Shown here piece by piece: positions 40,112 to 55,718 of a stretch of 64,000 nucleotides of DNA (positions within the stretch are counted from its first letter, which is position 1; every line of letters begins with the position of its first letter). Below the pieces are notes generated by a model. The model made no database searches, was not told where the DNA came from, and saw only the letters and a program-made list of their open reading frames with translations. The DNA lies in contig CAVTDB010000020.1 of NCBI GenBank assembly GCA_963733375.1, positions 2,467-66,466 of the forward strand, read 5' to 3'. Made by a program: the position numbers and the translations under genes. Source of the stretch: Nitrospirota bacterium (GTDB taxonomy: Bacteria; Nitrospirota; JACRHJ01).

Positions 40112-41326
40112 ATGAAAGTCGCTGAGATAAAAAAAGGCATTTACTGGGTCGGGGCGGTCGATTGGGGCATCCGCGATTTCCACGGCTATATCATCCCGGA
40201 AGGAACTTCCTACAACAATTACCTCATCATGGACGAAAACCCCACGCTGATAGATACCGTGAAGCACGACTTCGCCCATATAACGCTGGATAATATCCGC
40301 TCGTTAATTGACCCCCATAAAATCCGTTACGTCGTCATAAACCATATCGAGCCGGACCATGCCTCGTCGGCCGTCGAGATAATGGAGGCATGTCCGCTTG
40401 CCACGATGTACATGACGGAGAAGGGACGCAAGGGCCTGGAAAAATATTTCGACATATCGAAATGGACGATCCATACCGTAAAGACGGGCGACACGCTCCA
40501 CTTGGGCAAGCGGACGCTTGTGTTCGTCGAGACGCCGATGCTCCATTGGCCCGATTCCATGTTCACGTACGTACAGGAGGAAAAGCTCCTCTTCAGCCAG
40601 GACGTCTTCGGCCAGCATATCGCCACGGCCTGCCGGTTCGACGACGAGTACACCGACTGCGAATCCGTATCCATGCTTGAGGACGCGGTGCTGGACTACT
40701 ACGCGAACATCCTGATGCCTTTCGGGAGCCTTGCAAAGATGAAGCTCGACGAGGTGGCGAAGCTTAAGCTTGAAATCGATATGATAGCCCCGGACCACGG
40801 GGTGATATGGAGGAAGGGCGTATCCAAAATAGTCCGGATGTATCAGGATATGGCGTCTTTAAAGGCGCGGCTGTCCGTGGCGATAATCTACGATACCATG
40901 TGGGAGAGCACGGCCCAGATGGTCCAGCCCATTTTAAACGGAGTGCTGGACGGCGGGGTGGAATGCAAGGTCATAAAGCTCCGGGCCACGCCGATGAGCG
41001 TGGCGGTGAAGGAGCTGTGGAGGGGGCGCGGCGCGATAATCGGCTCGCCCACTTTAAATAACGGATTATTCCCCTCCGTGGCGGAGTTCCTGCGCTACCT
41101 CCGGGGGCTGCGGCCCAAAGGGAGGCTGATGGGCGCGTTCGGGAGCATGGGCTGGAGCGGCGGCGCGGTCAAGGAGGCATACGGCGAGTTCGAGAAGATG
41201 GGACTGGAAGTAGTCGAGCCGGGCATTGAATGCATTCACCGCCCCGACACCGACGACGCGGAGAAGTGCTACCAGTACGGCCTTGAGTTCGCGAAGCGGG
41301 TAAAGGAGTACGACAAGAAGTTCTAA
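40112..41326 (+). CDS. fprA: FprA-type flavodiiron protein (O2/NO reductase)
   Basis: 404 aa. Metallo-beta-lactamase-like domain with the diiron ligand motif NHIEPDHASS, plus a C-terminal flavodoxin domain. Confidence 0.9.
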   Translation: MKVAEIKKGIYWVGAVDWGIRDFHGYIIPEGTSYNNYLIMDENPTLIDTVKHDFAHITLDNIRSLIDPHKIRYVVINHIEPDHASSAVEIMEACPLATMYMTEKGRKGLEKYFDISKWTIHTVKTGDTLHLGKRTLVFVETPMLHWPDSMFTYVQEEKLLFSQDVFGQHIATACRFDDEYTDCESVSMLEDAVLDYYANILMPFGSLAKMKLDEVAKLKLEIDMIAPDHGVIWRKGVSKIVRMYQDMASLKARLSVAIIYDTMWESTAQMVQPILNGVLDGGVECKVIKLRATPMSVAVKELWRGRGAIIGSPTLNNGLFPSVAEFLRYLRGLRPKGRLMGAFGSMGWSGGAVKEAYGEFEKMGLEVVEPGIECIHRPDTDDAEKCYQYGLEFAKRVKEYDKKF

Positions 41327-42537
41327 ATATTGTTTTTAACCCTGTTGGAGATTTCCATGAAAGTCTCCAGCAGGGCCTCTTTCCCCTCAAGAGAAATCGC
41401 GCGCACGGATTTTAATATCGGTATCCTGTCCCCGTCTCTGGTGAGGATGACCCCCTCCGACAAGTTTATAGGCATACCCAAGTTTATGATGGGACATTTA
41501 TTTAACTCAGTAGGACAGACCAGGTCTTCACACATTTTATTTACAATGTCGGTCTCCGACTCATAGCTCATCATCTCAAGCGCGGTCTTGTTGACCATCC
41601 TTATAACGTGGTCGCAGTCTATGACCATTATCCCGAAATTTACGTTGTCGAAGATATCCTTCAAGGTCTTGTTCGAATGGGCCACCAGTTCCTCGGCCTG
41701 TTTCATTTGCGTAATATTGAGGCTCACGCCCCATACCCGCACGAGGAGGCCGTTTTCCACCATGCCAAGGCTGCTGTTTCTGAGGTAGACTTTGTTCCCC
41801 TGCCTGTCCAGGATGTGGGCTCGGCGCGCACGCACGGTAACCCGACCGGATGAAATTCCTGAAGGTCTCGATATTGCGCGGGTCCGAGCGTGGGCAAGAG
41901 TCCGATATCCGCGAGCCTCGTGAATTCCTCTATGCTGTCATATCCGAACATCTGGGCCGCGGCTTCATTGCATTCCGCCACGTAGGCGTTCTTGTAAACG
42001 AGGTCTACCTGTTCGTCTTCCGGAAGCGAGACCGGGATGGGCGAATCAAATTCTATCCGCCATATGGCCTCGGAGGCTGTTGGCGACGAAGGTGCGGTAG
42101 CGGGTTTCGCTTTCAAATAAGGCCGTTTCCGCGGCCGTCTTTGCGCGCTCCGCGATCCTTTTCTTTATCGCCTGCTCGACCGAATTTATTATCCTTGCAA
42201 AATGGGCGAAACCTGTTTCCTTTGTGTAATAGTCGTCCGCCCCGTTCTTGAACGCGTCCCGGGCAACCTGCTCGTTGCCCTGGCCGGTAACGAAGATAAA
42301 CGGGACATCGTTTCCTTGCTCCCTTACGGCTTTCAGGAATTCCATCCCGTCCATTTCGGGCATCTGGAAGTCCGAAAGTATGCAGTCAACGGGGTTATTT
42401 TTCAGGTATTCAAGGGCTTCCCGTCCGCCGCCTGCGAACGAAATAGAAAAATGCCGGGCGTCCCTGAGGAGTCTGAAGCTGATCAATCGAGCCATGTCAA
42501 CGTCGTCATCCACTATGAGAACACGCAAATTTTCCAT
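41323..42537 (-). CDS. response regulator with REC-PAS-PAS architecture, two frame breaks
   Basis: REC domain in 42046-42537 (RVLIVDDDVDM...ILSDFQMPEMDG). PAS segments in 41724-42116 and 41323-41835. No output domain is evident. Confidence 0.75.
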
Positions 42538-42684
42538 GGCTTCCTCTAAGAGTCAATATATATTAATTATTATACAAAAAAAAGAATATCCGGTCAATTA
42601 CCCACAACATCTTGTTGTTAAAACTTGACTTGAACTGCCTGCTTGTGTTATTTATTGCAAGTCATTATCGAAGGGAGAACGGTC

Positions 42685-43468
42685 ATAAACATCAGGGTCT
42701 GCACGCTCGCCTCGGGGAGCAAAGGGAACTGCATACTTGTCGAGGGCGGCGAGCGTTAAAATCCTGGTGGACGCCGGCCTCTCCCTGCGCGAGACGAAAC
42801 TCCGGCTTTCCCAAATCGGCATCAAGCCCGAAGAGATTTCCGCGGTATTAATCACCCACGACCATCGCGACCATGTCCAGGGCCTAGGGCCAGTCGCGCG
42901 CGGCCTGCGCTTACCCGTATACATGACTGAGAAGACCTGGGGCGTCGTCCGGTCCTGGCAGGGGAAGGGCTTCAAGGTAATGGATTTCGAGGCGGGGACG
43001 GCTTTCAATATAGGCGGTCTGACTGTCGAGCCTTTCTCCACCCCGCACGACGCGGCGGACCCGGTAGGCTTTTGCTTTTATGCCGGGAATGTCAAGGCGG
43101 GGCTGGCGACGGATTTGGGATACGCGACCAGTCTTGTGATGGAGCGGCTTAAAGGCTGCGATATCCTTGTGCTGGAGTCCAACCACGACCCCAAAATGCT
43201 TAAGGAAGGCCCTTATCCCTGGCCGCTCAAGCAGCGCGTCTCGGGTAAAGAAGGCCACCTCTCCAACGAGGACGCCGCCGCCCTTTTGTCCGACCTTATT
43301 CACCCGGGCCTTAAGTCTGTGACGCTCGCCCACTTAAGCCAGATAAACAACCTCCCCGAGCTGGCGTACCAGACCGCCAGGGAAGCGCTCGTCAGATGTT
43401 CATGCGATGGGGATATAGCGATAGGCGTAGCGAGGCAGGATATATCGGGCGCTTTCTCGGCGGCTTAA
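42685..43468 (+). CDS. MBL-fold metallo-hydrolase (one frame break near 42735; start codon unclear)
   Basis: HxHxDH motif (VLITHDHRDHVQG). The upstream frame encodes the expected N-terminus INIRVCTLASGSKGNCILVEGGER, which joins KILVDAGLS after a 1-nt shift. Confidence 0.8.
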
Positions 43469-43533
43469 AGCCTTCTACCATCCCCACGGCGGCTATAGCG
43501 TCATTTGGCGGAGTCGCAGAGGTTCGCGGATGC

Positions 43534-47560
<4,027 letters not shown>

Positions 47561-47735
47561 GTTTAAAACCTCCGCGTAAGACTATAGAATGCGTGCCCGG
47601 CCATGTCAATGCTATAATTTTTACGGGGACCGGGTCTTCGCATTGGGCTCTTTCTGAAGTAGCAACAGTTCTTAAATATTATATTTGCGCATACTGATTT
47701 TTGTGCTATATTAGTTATTAAATACTGCTTAATAC

Positions 47736-47809
47736 GGCGACGTAGCCAAGAGAACAGGCAGAGGCCTGCAAAGCCTCCTACAGGGGTTCAAATCCTCTCG
47801 TCGCCTCCA
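47736..47809 (+). tRNA. tRNA-Cys (GCA)
   Basis: Hand-folded cloverleaf. Acceptor stem GGCGACG/CGTCGCC. Anticodon stem GAGGC/GCCTC with loop CTGCAAA. T-arm AGGGG-TTCAAAT-CCTCT. Encoded CCA. Confidence 0.9.
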
Positions 47810-47815
47810 AACATC

Positions 47816-47849
47816 ATGGGCCATCCTTAAACGGATGGCCCATTTTTTT
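47816..47849 (+). terminator. intrinsic terminator after tRNA-Cys
   Basis: ATGGGCCATCC-ttaaac-GGATGGCCCAT followed by T7. Confidence 0.7.
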
Positions 47850-47919
47850 ACCCGGTCCCGCCTTTGACCCCTATCTTATTGAGAGATATAATTTAAGTAG
47901 AGGTTCAAAGAGGTTTTCA

Positions 47920-49606
47920 ATGCGTGAAGGTTTTAAAAAGTTCTTCGCACGCTCCGTTCCGAAGACGATAATCATAATCTTCGGGGTTTTCGCCGCCATA
48001 ATCCTCATGCTGTTCGTCGCCTCGTTTTTCGTGGACAAGCCACTTGGGGGCTACCTGGAAAAAACGATGAACACCAAGCTGAAGGGCTATCACGTCAGCC
48101 TTCCCGGTGCGCATTTCCAGATAATCGGGTTTTCTCTCACACTAAAAGACCTCAAGATCATGCAGGACGAGCACCCGGACCCGCCGATAGCCTATATACC
48201 GAGCCTGACCGCGAGCGTGCAGTGGCGTGAGCTTTTAAGCGGGAATTTGGTCGCTGATCTGGAATTCGACAAGCCGCAGATGCACGTCGATTTAACACAG
48301 CTCCGGACGGAGGCCAAAAGGACGACGAAGATAAAGAACGAGGGCTGGCAGCAGGCATTCGAGTCTATATACCCTCTGGATATTAACCATATAATTTTTA
48401 ATGACGGAGACATCGTATATATAGACGTGGACCAAAAGATGCCTCTGCACATCAAGCACCTGAACATGGAGGCGGACAACATCAGAAACATTCACTCCAG
48501 GGAGAGCGCCTATCCATCACTGTTGCATGCGGAAGCGGTAGTCTTCGGCACTGGGAAGGGGACCATCGACGGAAACGCGGATTTCCTGAAAGAACCTTAC
48601 ATGGGCGTTAAAACGAAATTCAAACTGAAAGACGTGCCCCTGGACCGCTTCAAATCCATGACCGCCAGGGAGAACGTAAAGATAAGCGGCGGGGTAATTT
48701 CCACCGAGGGAGAGATAGAATACGCGCCGCACGTAGAGACGGTGCATGTATCCGACCTGACTATCGACAATGTCAAAATAGATTACCTGCACTTGCCGAA
48801 GACGGCACAGGCCGAGGCGGCGCGGGTGGCCGCTGTGAAGACTGCCGCGAAGAAAGCCGGCAATAAACCGGAGATGCTCCTGAAGCTGGACAAGATGAGG
48901 CTGACACACAGCGAGCTTGGATACGTGAACATGACCAAAAGCCCCGGCTACAGGGTCTTTATTTCCGGCGTGGACCTGACGGTAAAAAACTTCTCGAACC
49001 ACTTCACCGAGGGCGTATCCGACATCACGCTTTCGGGTCTCTTCATGGGCAACGGCAAGACCACCGCCTCACGCCGCTTTCAGGCCGGAGATGGCCGGTC
49101 CTGATTTCGACCTGAAACTCGCGATAAACAACACAGACCTGATATCCATGAACAAGATACTGCTCTCATACGGAAATTTCGACGTGGTGCACGGGTTTTT
49201 CTCATTGTACGTGGACATTCATGTGAAGAATAAAAAGATAAAGGGGTATATTAAACCGTTATTTATAAATATGCAGGTGTACGACAAGCGTAAGGACGCG
49301 GAAAAGAGCCTGTTCCACAAACTCTACGAGATGCTGGTAGGCGGGATAGCCCATATCCTGGAGAACCCGCGCTCCGCGGTCGCGACGAAGGTGGAGATTT
49401 CCGGGGAGGTGAAAAACCCCCAGACGAGCACATGGCAGACAATAATCAGGCTTATCGAAAACGCATTCTTCCATATGATACTGCCGGGCTTCGACAGGAG
49501 CATCAAGGGCACGGAAAACAACCCGCCCCCAGAGGGTTATAATCTTTTCAGTCCGGCTTATTATGCCGACTATGGACAAGCGCGACTTGACGGGCATTAT
49601 GCGTGA
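47920..49606 (+). CDS. DUF748-like membrane-anchored protein (family name from memory), one frame break near 49090
   Basis: N-terminal TM helix (TIIIIFGVFAAIILMLFVASFF). Fragments 47920-49104 and 49091-49606 join into one long beta-rich protein. Confidence 0.6.
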
Positions 49607-49679
49607 CTATATATTCTGTTTAACATAGGGGACAATATAATTTGAGAGGGGCAAGGGGATAACAAAAGGAGAATAAAAA

Positions 49680-50135
49680 ATGGAAAAAATGTTTGAACTC
49701 CTGCAGCAGGACCACCGGGAGATTTCACAGATGATAAGCCAGATGCAGAGGTCAAGCGGCCAGAAGAGGGAAAAGCTCTTCTCCCAATGCGCGGACGCTC
49801 TGGACATGCACATGCAGATAGAGGAAGATTACCTGTACCCGGCCCTTGAGGACATCGACGAGACCAAGGACCTGGTCCGCGACTCCTACGAGGAGCACAA
49901 GATGGTCAAGAAGCAGATTAAGGAAATGGAGAAACTGAACGTGGACGACCAGAAATGGGATGCAAAGCTCCTGGCGATGAAGGAAAATATCGAAAGCCAC
50001 GTCCAGCAGGAGGAGACCGTGCTGTTCAAGCAGGCGCCGAAGGTGCTTTCCGCGCGAGGAGCTGGAAGATTTGAACTACCAGATAATAGAAGAGAAAGAG
50101 GCGGCATAAGCGGCCTTATATGCGAGGGGGGCTAA
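49680..50135 (+). CDS. hemerythrin HHE cation-binding domain protein
   Basis: LLQQDHREISQMI...HMQIEEDYLYPAL...EEHKMVKKQI...ESHVQQEE shows the His/Glu ligand spacing of hemerythrin-like four-helix bundles. The C-terminal ~25 aa are probably out of frame. Confidence 0.7.
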   Translation: MEKMFELLQQDHREISQMISQMQRSSGQKREKLFSQCADALDMHMQIEEDYLYPALEDIDETKDLVRDSYEEHKMVKKQIKEMEKLNVDDQKWDAKLLAMKENIESHVQQEETVLFKQAPKVLSARGAGRFELPDNRRERGGISGLICEGG

Positions 50136-50164
50136 AAGCCCCCCCGGCCTGAGGAATAAAGAAT

Positions 50165-51036
50165 ATGGCACATGCAATCTGGAAAGGAAGCATCAGCTTT
50201 GGACTGGTGCAGATACCTGTAGGGCTTTATTCGGGGGAGAAGCGGGAAGATTTAAACTTCACGATGCTCGATAAAAGAGACCTGTCTCCCGTCGGATACA
50301 AGCGGTACAACAAGAACACGGGCGAGGAAGTCGGCTGGAATGACGTACTGAAGGGTTACGAATACGAAGAAGGCCAGTATGTGGTGCTGTCGGAAGAGGA
50401 CCTGAAAAACGCCAACCCGAAGGCAACCCAGACCGTAGAGATACTGGACTTCGTGGACGCGGATGAAATACCCCCCGAATACTTCGACAAACCTTATTAT
50501 CTGGCGCCCACTAAAAAAGGGAAAAAGGGCTATGCGCTGCTGCGGGAAACGCTGAAGAAAACCGGTAAAGCGGGCATAGCAAAGGTCGTCATCCATACCC
50601 GTGAATATATCGCGGCGCTCATGCCCCAGGGCAAGCGTACTCGTGCTGGATATCCTCCGCTACCCCTATGAGATAAGAGATACCTCCGACCTTGAAATAC
50701 CCGGAGAAAAAATCTCGGAGCTGGGCGTGACGGACAAGGAAATACAGATGGCCGAGATGCTCGTCAAGGGCATGGTGGACAAGTGGGACCCCTGCCAGAT
50801 ACAAGGATACGTACCGCGAAGACGTATTGAAGATGATAGCGGAGAAGGTGAAGACGGGCGACACGAAGCATCTGGCGGAAGCGGCCGGGAAAGAGGAGAA
50901 AAAGGGCGCGGAGATAATAGACCTGATGTCGCTGCTTAAGAAGAGCGTCGAAGAGAAAGAGGCCCGGAGGAAAAAAGCGCCCGCAAAACCTGAAAAGAAG
51001 CCGGTGACTGAGAAGGCCGGGAAGAAGGCGGCATAG
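50165..51036 (+). CDS. ku: Ku protein (NHEJ), two frame breaks
   Basis: MAHAIWKGSISFGLVQIPVGLY...YFDKPYYLAP. Continues in 50601-50939 and 50827-51036, with a Lys-rich tail. Confidence 0.9.
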
Positions 51037-53637
51037 TGGCTAAAGAGAAATCTGAAGAGAAGGCGGCAGACCTGTCCGAGTACCGGAGCAAACGCCATTT
51101 CGACAAAACACCCGAGCCTGAAGGAGGCAAGGCCGAGGCCGGAGTATTCGTCGTCCATAAACACGCCGCGAGCCACCTGCATTACGACTTCCGCATCAGC
51201 CTTGACGGCGTTTTGAAAAGCTGGGCGGTGCCGAAAGGCCCGTCGCTCGACCCGGCCGTAAAGCGCCTCGCCATGCACGTCGAGGACCATCCCTACGACT
51301 ACAAGGATTTTGAGGGCACTATCCCGCAGGGAGAGTACGGCGGCGGCACTGTCATGGTCTGGGACAAAGGGACGTGGATACCCGACCACGACCCCCGCCT
51401 GATGTACGGCAAAGGCTCGATGAAATTTACCCTTCAGGGACAGAAGTTAAAAGGAAAATGGGCGCTTGTCCGGATGAAGAAAGTCTCCGAGAAGGAAGGG
51501 AAGGAGAGTTGGCTCCTCATAAAAGAGAAGGACGAGTACGCCCGGCCCGGAAGCGGCGACGAGCTGGTAAACGATAACCCGTTAAGCGCCGCGACCGGAA
51601 GAGAGCATGGACGAGATAGCCTCCGGCGCAAAACCTGAGAATCAAACGCCCGCCGATACCCCTAAAAAAAAAGCGGCGAAATAAAAGCCGTCGGCGGTAA
51701 AAAAGCGCCGATGCCGGAGATGATATACCCGCAACTCGCCACGCTGGTGGAAGAGCCGCCCGAAGGGGATGGGTGGCTCCACGAAATAAAGCTGGACGGA
51801 TACCGCGTGCTGGCCCGCATGGAGAATAAGAAAACAATCCTTTACACCAGGCGGGGCAACGACTGGACCGGCACATTCGCGCCCATAGCGAAGGCGGTAT
51901 CGGAACTTCCGGCAAAGACGCTCTGGCTGGACGGTGAAGTGGTCGTGATAAAGCCAGACGGAAGGTCCAGCTTTCAGGACCTTCAGGACGCGTTGAGCCA
52001 GGGTAAGGATAACGAGTTGTCTTATTATATTTTTGATTTGATGTACCTGGACGGTCATGACCTGCGCGGCATTCCGTTGATTGACCGGAAAAAAATACTG
52101 GACGGGCTGCTGAATTCTGAAGGAAAACCGAAGGGCCCGTTATTTTACAGTGACCACGTCCTGGGTAGTGGCAGGGCTTTTTTCGACAACGCCTGCAAAT
52201 TCAGGCTCGAAGGGATAATATCGAAAGCGGCCGATTCCAGCTTATGCCTCGGCACGCGCAAAGACATGGCTGAAGATAAAGTGCGGACTGAGGCAGGAAT
52301 TCGTAATCGGCGGTTATACCGAACCCGGCGGGTCCCGTACCGGCTTCGGGGCGCTCCTGCTGGGAGTTTACGATCCCGAAGGCAGGTTGCGCTTCAAAGG
52401 GCGGGTCGGGACGGGGTTTAATCAGAAGATGCTGGAAGAGATGTCTGAGCGCCTTAAGAAGCTTAAGATAAAAGAACCTCCTTTTATAGACCCACCCGCG
52501 GGCGCCGGTGCAAAAGGGGTCAACTGGGTGAAGCCGGAGATGGTGGGAGAGGTGCGGTTTTCCGAATGGACGAGGGATGGGGTCCTCCGCCAGCCGTCCT
52601 TCCTGGGGCTCCGGGAGGATAAGCCGCCAGGGCAGGTCACGCTTGAGAGCCCTGAACCAGCCGGGGAAGCGCGGAAAGAAATCAAAACGGACCCTGCAAC
52701 CTGGCCGCCGGCAAAAAAGGAGATAGGCGGAGTCTTTCTGACAAATGCGGACAGGGTCCTTTACCCGGCGCAGGGCCTGACCAAGGGCGACCTCTGGCAG
52801 TACTACAAGCTGGTGGAAAAGCTTATACTCCCGCATGTCGCCGGACGGCCGCTTACGCTGGTGCGCTGTCCGGACGGAAGGCACGAGGACTGTTTTTTTC
52901 AGAAGCACGTAAGCGAGACAGTGCCGAAGGTGCTGGAGACGATACCGGTAAAGGAAGGCGGCGGCATCGAGAGTTATATGGTCGTCGATTCGCCTGCGGG
53001 ACTGGCCGCACTCGTCCAGATGGGCGTGCTGGAAATCCATACATGGAACTCCCGGAAGGAGAAACTCGAATACCCGGACCGGTTCGTGATGGATATAGAC
53101 CCGGACGCGACAGTCGCCTGGGATAAAGTAGTCGAGGCGGCGGTAATTCTGCGGGAGAGGCTAAGCGAACTTGGCTTGACAAGCTTCCTGAAGACGACCG
53201 GCGGGAAAGGGCTTCACGTGGTGGTCCCGCTTGCGGCCAGGCAGGACTGGGAGGAAGTAAAGGCTTTTACCAGGGCGCTGGCTGAAGACATCGCGCGCCG
53301 CGCGCCGGATGCCTTTACCTCGAAAATGACCAAGGCGAGGCGGGTCGGCAGGATATTCGTGGACTATATGCGAAACATTCGGGGGGCCACGGCGGTGGAA
53401 GTCTATTCCACGCGGGCGAAGGCGAACGCGCCGGTCTCGGCCCCTGTCGAATGGGAGGAACTGGCCGATGGAGTGCGCTCGGATTCCTTTAATATCAGGA
53501 ATATGCCGGAGCCGGATAAAGAACCTGAAGAGAGACCCCTGGGAGGGTTTTTTCGGTATCAGACAGTCGATAACAAATACGGCGAAAAAAAAGCTGGGGA
53601 TGGATTAATGCTTGCAAATCCCGCTCCCCTGCCTTAA
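51036..53637 (+). CDS. ligD: ATP-dependent DNA ligase LigD (phosphoesterase-ligase-polymerase order), at least 2 frame breaks
   Basis: PE domain (FVVHKHAASHLHYDFRISLDGVLKSWAVPKGPS). Ligase domain with KxDG (LHEIKLDGYR). Primase-polymerase domain (LTNADRVLYP...LTLVRCPDG...FVMDIDPD). Confidence 0.9.
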
Positions 53638-53649
53638 AATCCTTTTCTT

Positions 53650-54574
53650 ATGAAAATACTTATAACCGGCGGAGCGGGTTTCATAGGCTCCCATATAACA
53701 GACGCGGCTATCGACGCCGGGATGGAGGTGGTCATCATCGACAACCTCTTCACCGGCAAAAAAGAGAACCTTAACCCCTGCGCGAAGTTCTATCTTGCCG
53801 ACATCAGGCATAAAGACATCGCCGATATCTTCGCCGATGAAAAGCCCGACGTCGTCTGCCACCATGCGGCGCAGGTCAGCGTCCGCAATTCCGTCGAAGA
53901 CCCCTGCCTGGACGCCGAAATAAACGTGGTCGGCTCCATCAACGTCATAGACAACTGCAAGAAGTTCGGCGTCAAAAAAATCGTTTTCGCTTCCTCCGGC
54001 GGAGCGATTTACGGAGAGCAGGAGAAGTTCCCGGCCCCGGAGGACCATCCCGCGCGGCCGGACAGCCCATACGGCGCCGCAAAGCTGTCCGTGGAGCACT
54101 ACCTGTATATCTATAAAAAAGTATTCGGCTTAAAATATATAGCGCTGCGTTATTCCAACGTCTACGGCCCCAGGCAGGACCCGCATGGGGAGGCCGGAGT
54201 CGTCGCAATCTTCACCGGAAAAATGCTGTCCGGCCAGACGCCGTTTATAAACGGGGACGGAGGCCAGACGAGGGATTACGTTTACGTAAAAGACGTCGTC
54301 CAGGCAAATATGCTGGCTTTTCAAAGTGACGCCGAAGGGCCTTTTAACGTCGGCACCGGCATCGAGACGGACGTGAACCGGCTCTACGCGGCTTATCAGG
54401 GAGAGGACCGGCTACCAGGGAGGCAACGAGCACGGTCCGGCAAAGGCCGGGGAGCAATACAGGAGCGTGCTGGACTGCGCCAGTATTAAAAAAGGACTCG
54501 GCTGGGAGCCCAGGTTCAGCCTTGAGGATGGTCTTAAGGAGACGGTGGAGTTTTTCCGGAATAAAGCAATTTAG
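53650..54574 (+). CDS. NAD-dependent epimerase (UDP-glucose 4-epimerase-like), one frame break near 54390
   Basis: GGAGFIGSH Rossmann motif and catalytic YGAAK. The true C-terminus ...FSLEDGLKETVEFFRNKAI ends at TAG 54572-54574. Confidence 0.85.
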
Positions 54575-54581
54575 TTGCTCC

Positions 54582-54609
54582 TTGAAAAAATCTAATAATC
54601 TGATATCAT
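54582..54609 (+). promoter_or_regulatory. candidate promoter of the RRM gene
   Basis: TTGAAA (54582-54587), a 16-nt spacer, then an extended -10 TGATATCAT (54601-54609). Confidence 0.4.
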
Positions 54610-54621
54610 ATTAGTATCGGC

Positions 54622-54658
54622 AGCCGGTGAGGCAGCGGTAGCGCCTTTCCGGCTTTTT
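54622..54658 (+). promoter_or_regulatory. hairpin plus U-run: either a leader attenuator of the RRM gene or the epimerase terminator
   Basis: AGCCGG (54622-54627) pairs with CCGGCT (54649-54654), followed by T5. It lies just downstream of the putative -10 element. Confidence 0.4.
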
Positions 54659-54727
54659 ACGTTAGCGGCTTCTGGGGTCAATCGGGTGGTTGTCCTTACA
54701 AAGCTTGACAAAAACAAGGAGACGAAA

Positions 54728-55052
54728 ATGGCGAACTAAGCTTTACGTGGGCAACCTGTCCTACAAGACCTCTGAGGAAGATCTCCAGGAGCTCTTCTCA
54801 CAGGCGGGTCAAGTAAGCTCCGTTAAGATTATAACTGACGGTTATTCGGGCCAGTCCAGGGGCTTCGGTTTTGTCGAAATGACGACGGACGAAGATGCCC
54901 AGAAGGCAGTCGAGATGTTCCACGGCAAGGAGTTTATGCAGAGAGAGCTTACCGTGAACGAGGCAAGGCCCCAGCAGAAAAGGGAATCCAGGGGCGGCTT
55001 CGGCGGCGGCGGCGGCAGAGGCGGCGGCGGTGGCGGCGGCGGCAGGAGATAA
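54728..55052 (+). CDS. RRM-type glycine-rich RNA-binding protein (1-nt frame break right after the start)
   Basis: ATG at 54728 behind AAGGAG gives M-A-N and then a stop. Shifting 1 nt gives KLYVGNLSYKTSEEDLQELF (RNP2) and RGFGFVEM (RNP1), with a Gly-rich tail. Confidence 0.85.
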
Positions 55053-55079
55053 GCCTTGAGGCCATAAAGAATGAAGTTG

Positions 55080-55109
55080 CCTCCAGGGTGGTTTCCCTGG
55101 AGGTTTTTT
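55080..55109. terminator. bidirectional intrinsic terminator between the RRM and macro-domain genes
   Basis: CCTCCAGGG-tggttt-CCCTGGAGG followed by T6. It overlaps the stop codon of the convergent macro-domain gene. Confidence 0.7.
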
Positions 55110-55636
55110 ATGCCTTTAGCGCCTTCTCGTACGCCTGGAATACCTCTTCTCCGAAACATACTACAATAATTTCCTCCATTTCAGGGTGCGTCATCAAGGA
55201 AATCCCTCATCTCCCTGACCGCTATTTTCGAAGCGCGTTCCACCGGAAACCGGTACGCGCCAGTGCTGATGGATGGAAACGCTATCGTCCTGACCCCGTT
55301 TTCACAGGCCAGCGCCAGCGAGTTCCGGTAACAGTCCGCAAGCAGTTTATCCTCCTTCGACCCGGCTTCGAAGGAATCCCCGCCGCCTCCCCTCCAGATC
55401 GGGCCCACGGTATGTATCACGAACTTTGCAGGCAGGTCGTAGCCGCCGGTTATCCTGGCTTCGCCGGTCGGGCAGCCGCCAATCTTTTTGCATTCCCTGA
55501 GAAGCCCGGGGCCCGCCGCCCGGTGTATCGCGCCGTCCACCCCGCCGCCGCCCAAAAGCGTGCTGTTCGCGGCGTTCACGATGGCGTCCGCCTGGATTTT
55601 CGTAATATCTCCTTTTATCAGCTCGATTTTCCCCAT
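55108..55636 (-). CDS. macro-domain protein (O-acetyl-ADP-ribose deacetylase-like), one frame break near 55185
   Basis: [39 protein letters not shown]. The C-terminal ...[24 protein letters not shown] is recovered in another frame. Confidence 0.85.
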
Positions 55637-55718
55637 TTTTTTTCACCCCTTATTGACACACGTATTTTACAGCGTTATCATTTAAATAGAAGTCCAACTT
55701 CTTCAAGGAGGCCTGCTA

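Noticed and set aside
54985-55050. GGC/GGCGGC microsatellite-like run
   Set aside because: It encodes the glycine-rich tail (GGFGGGGGRGGGGGGGGRR) typical of RRM glycine-rich proteins. It is not an independent repeat element.
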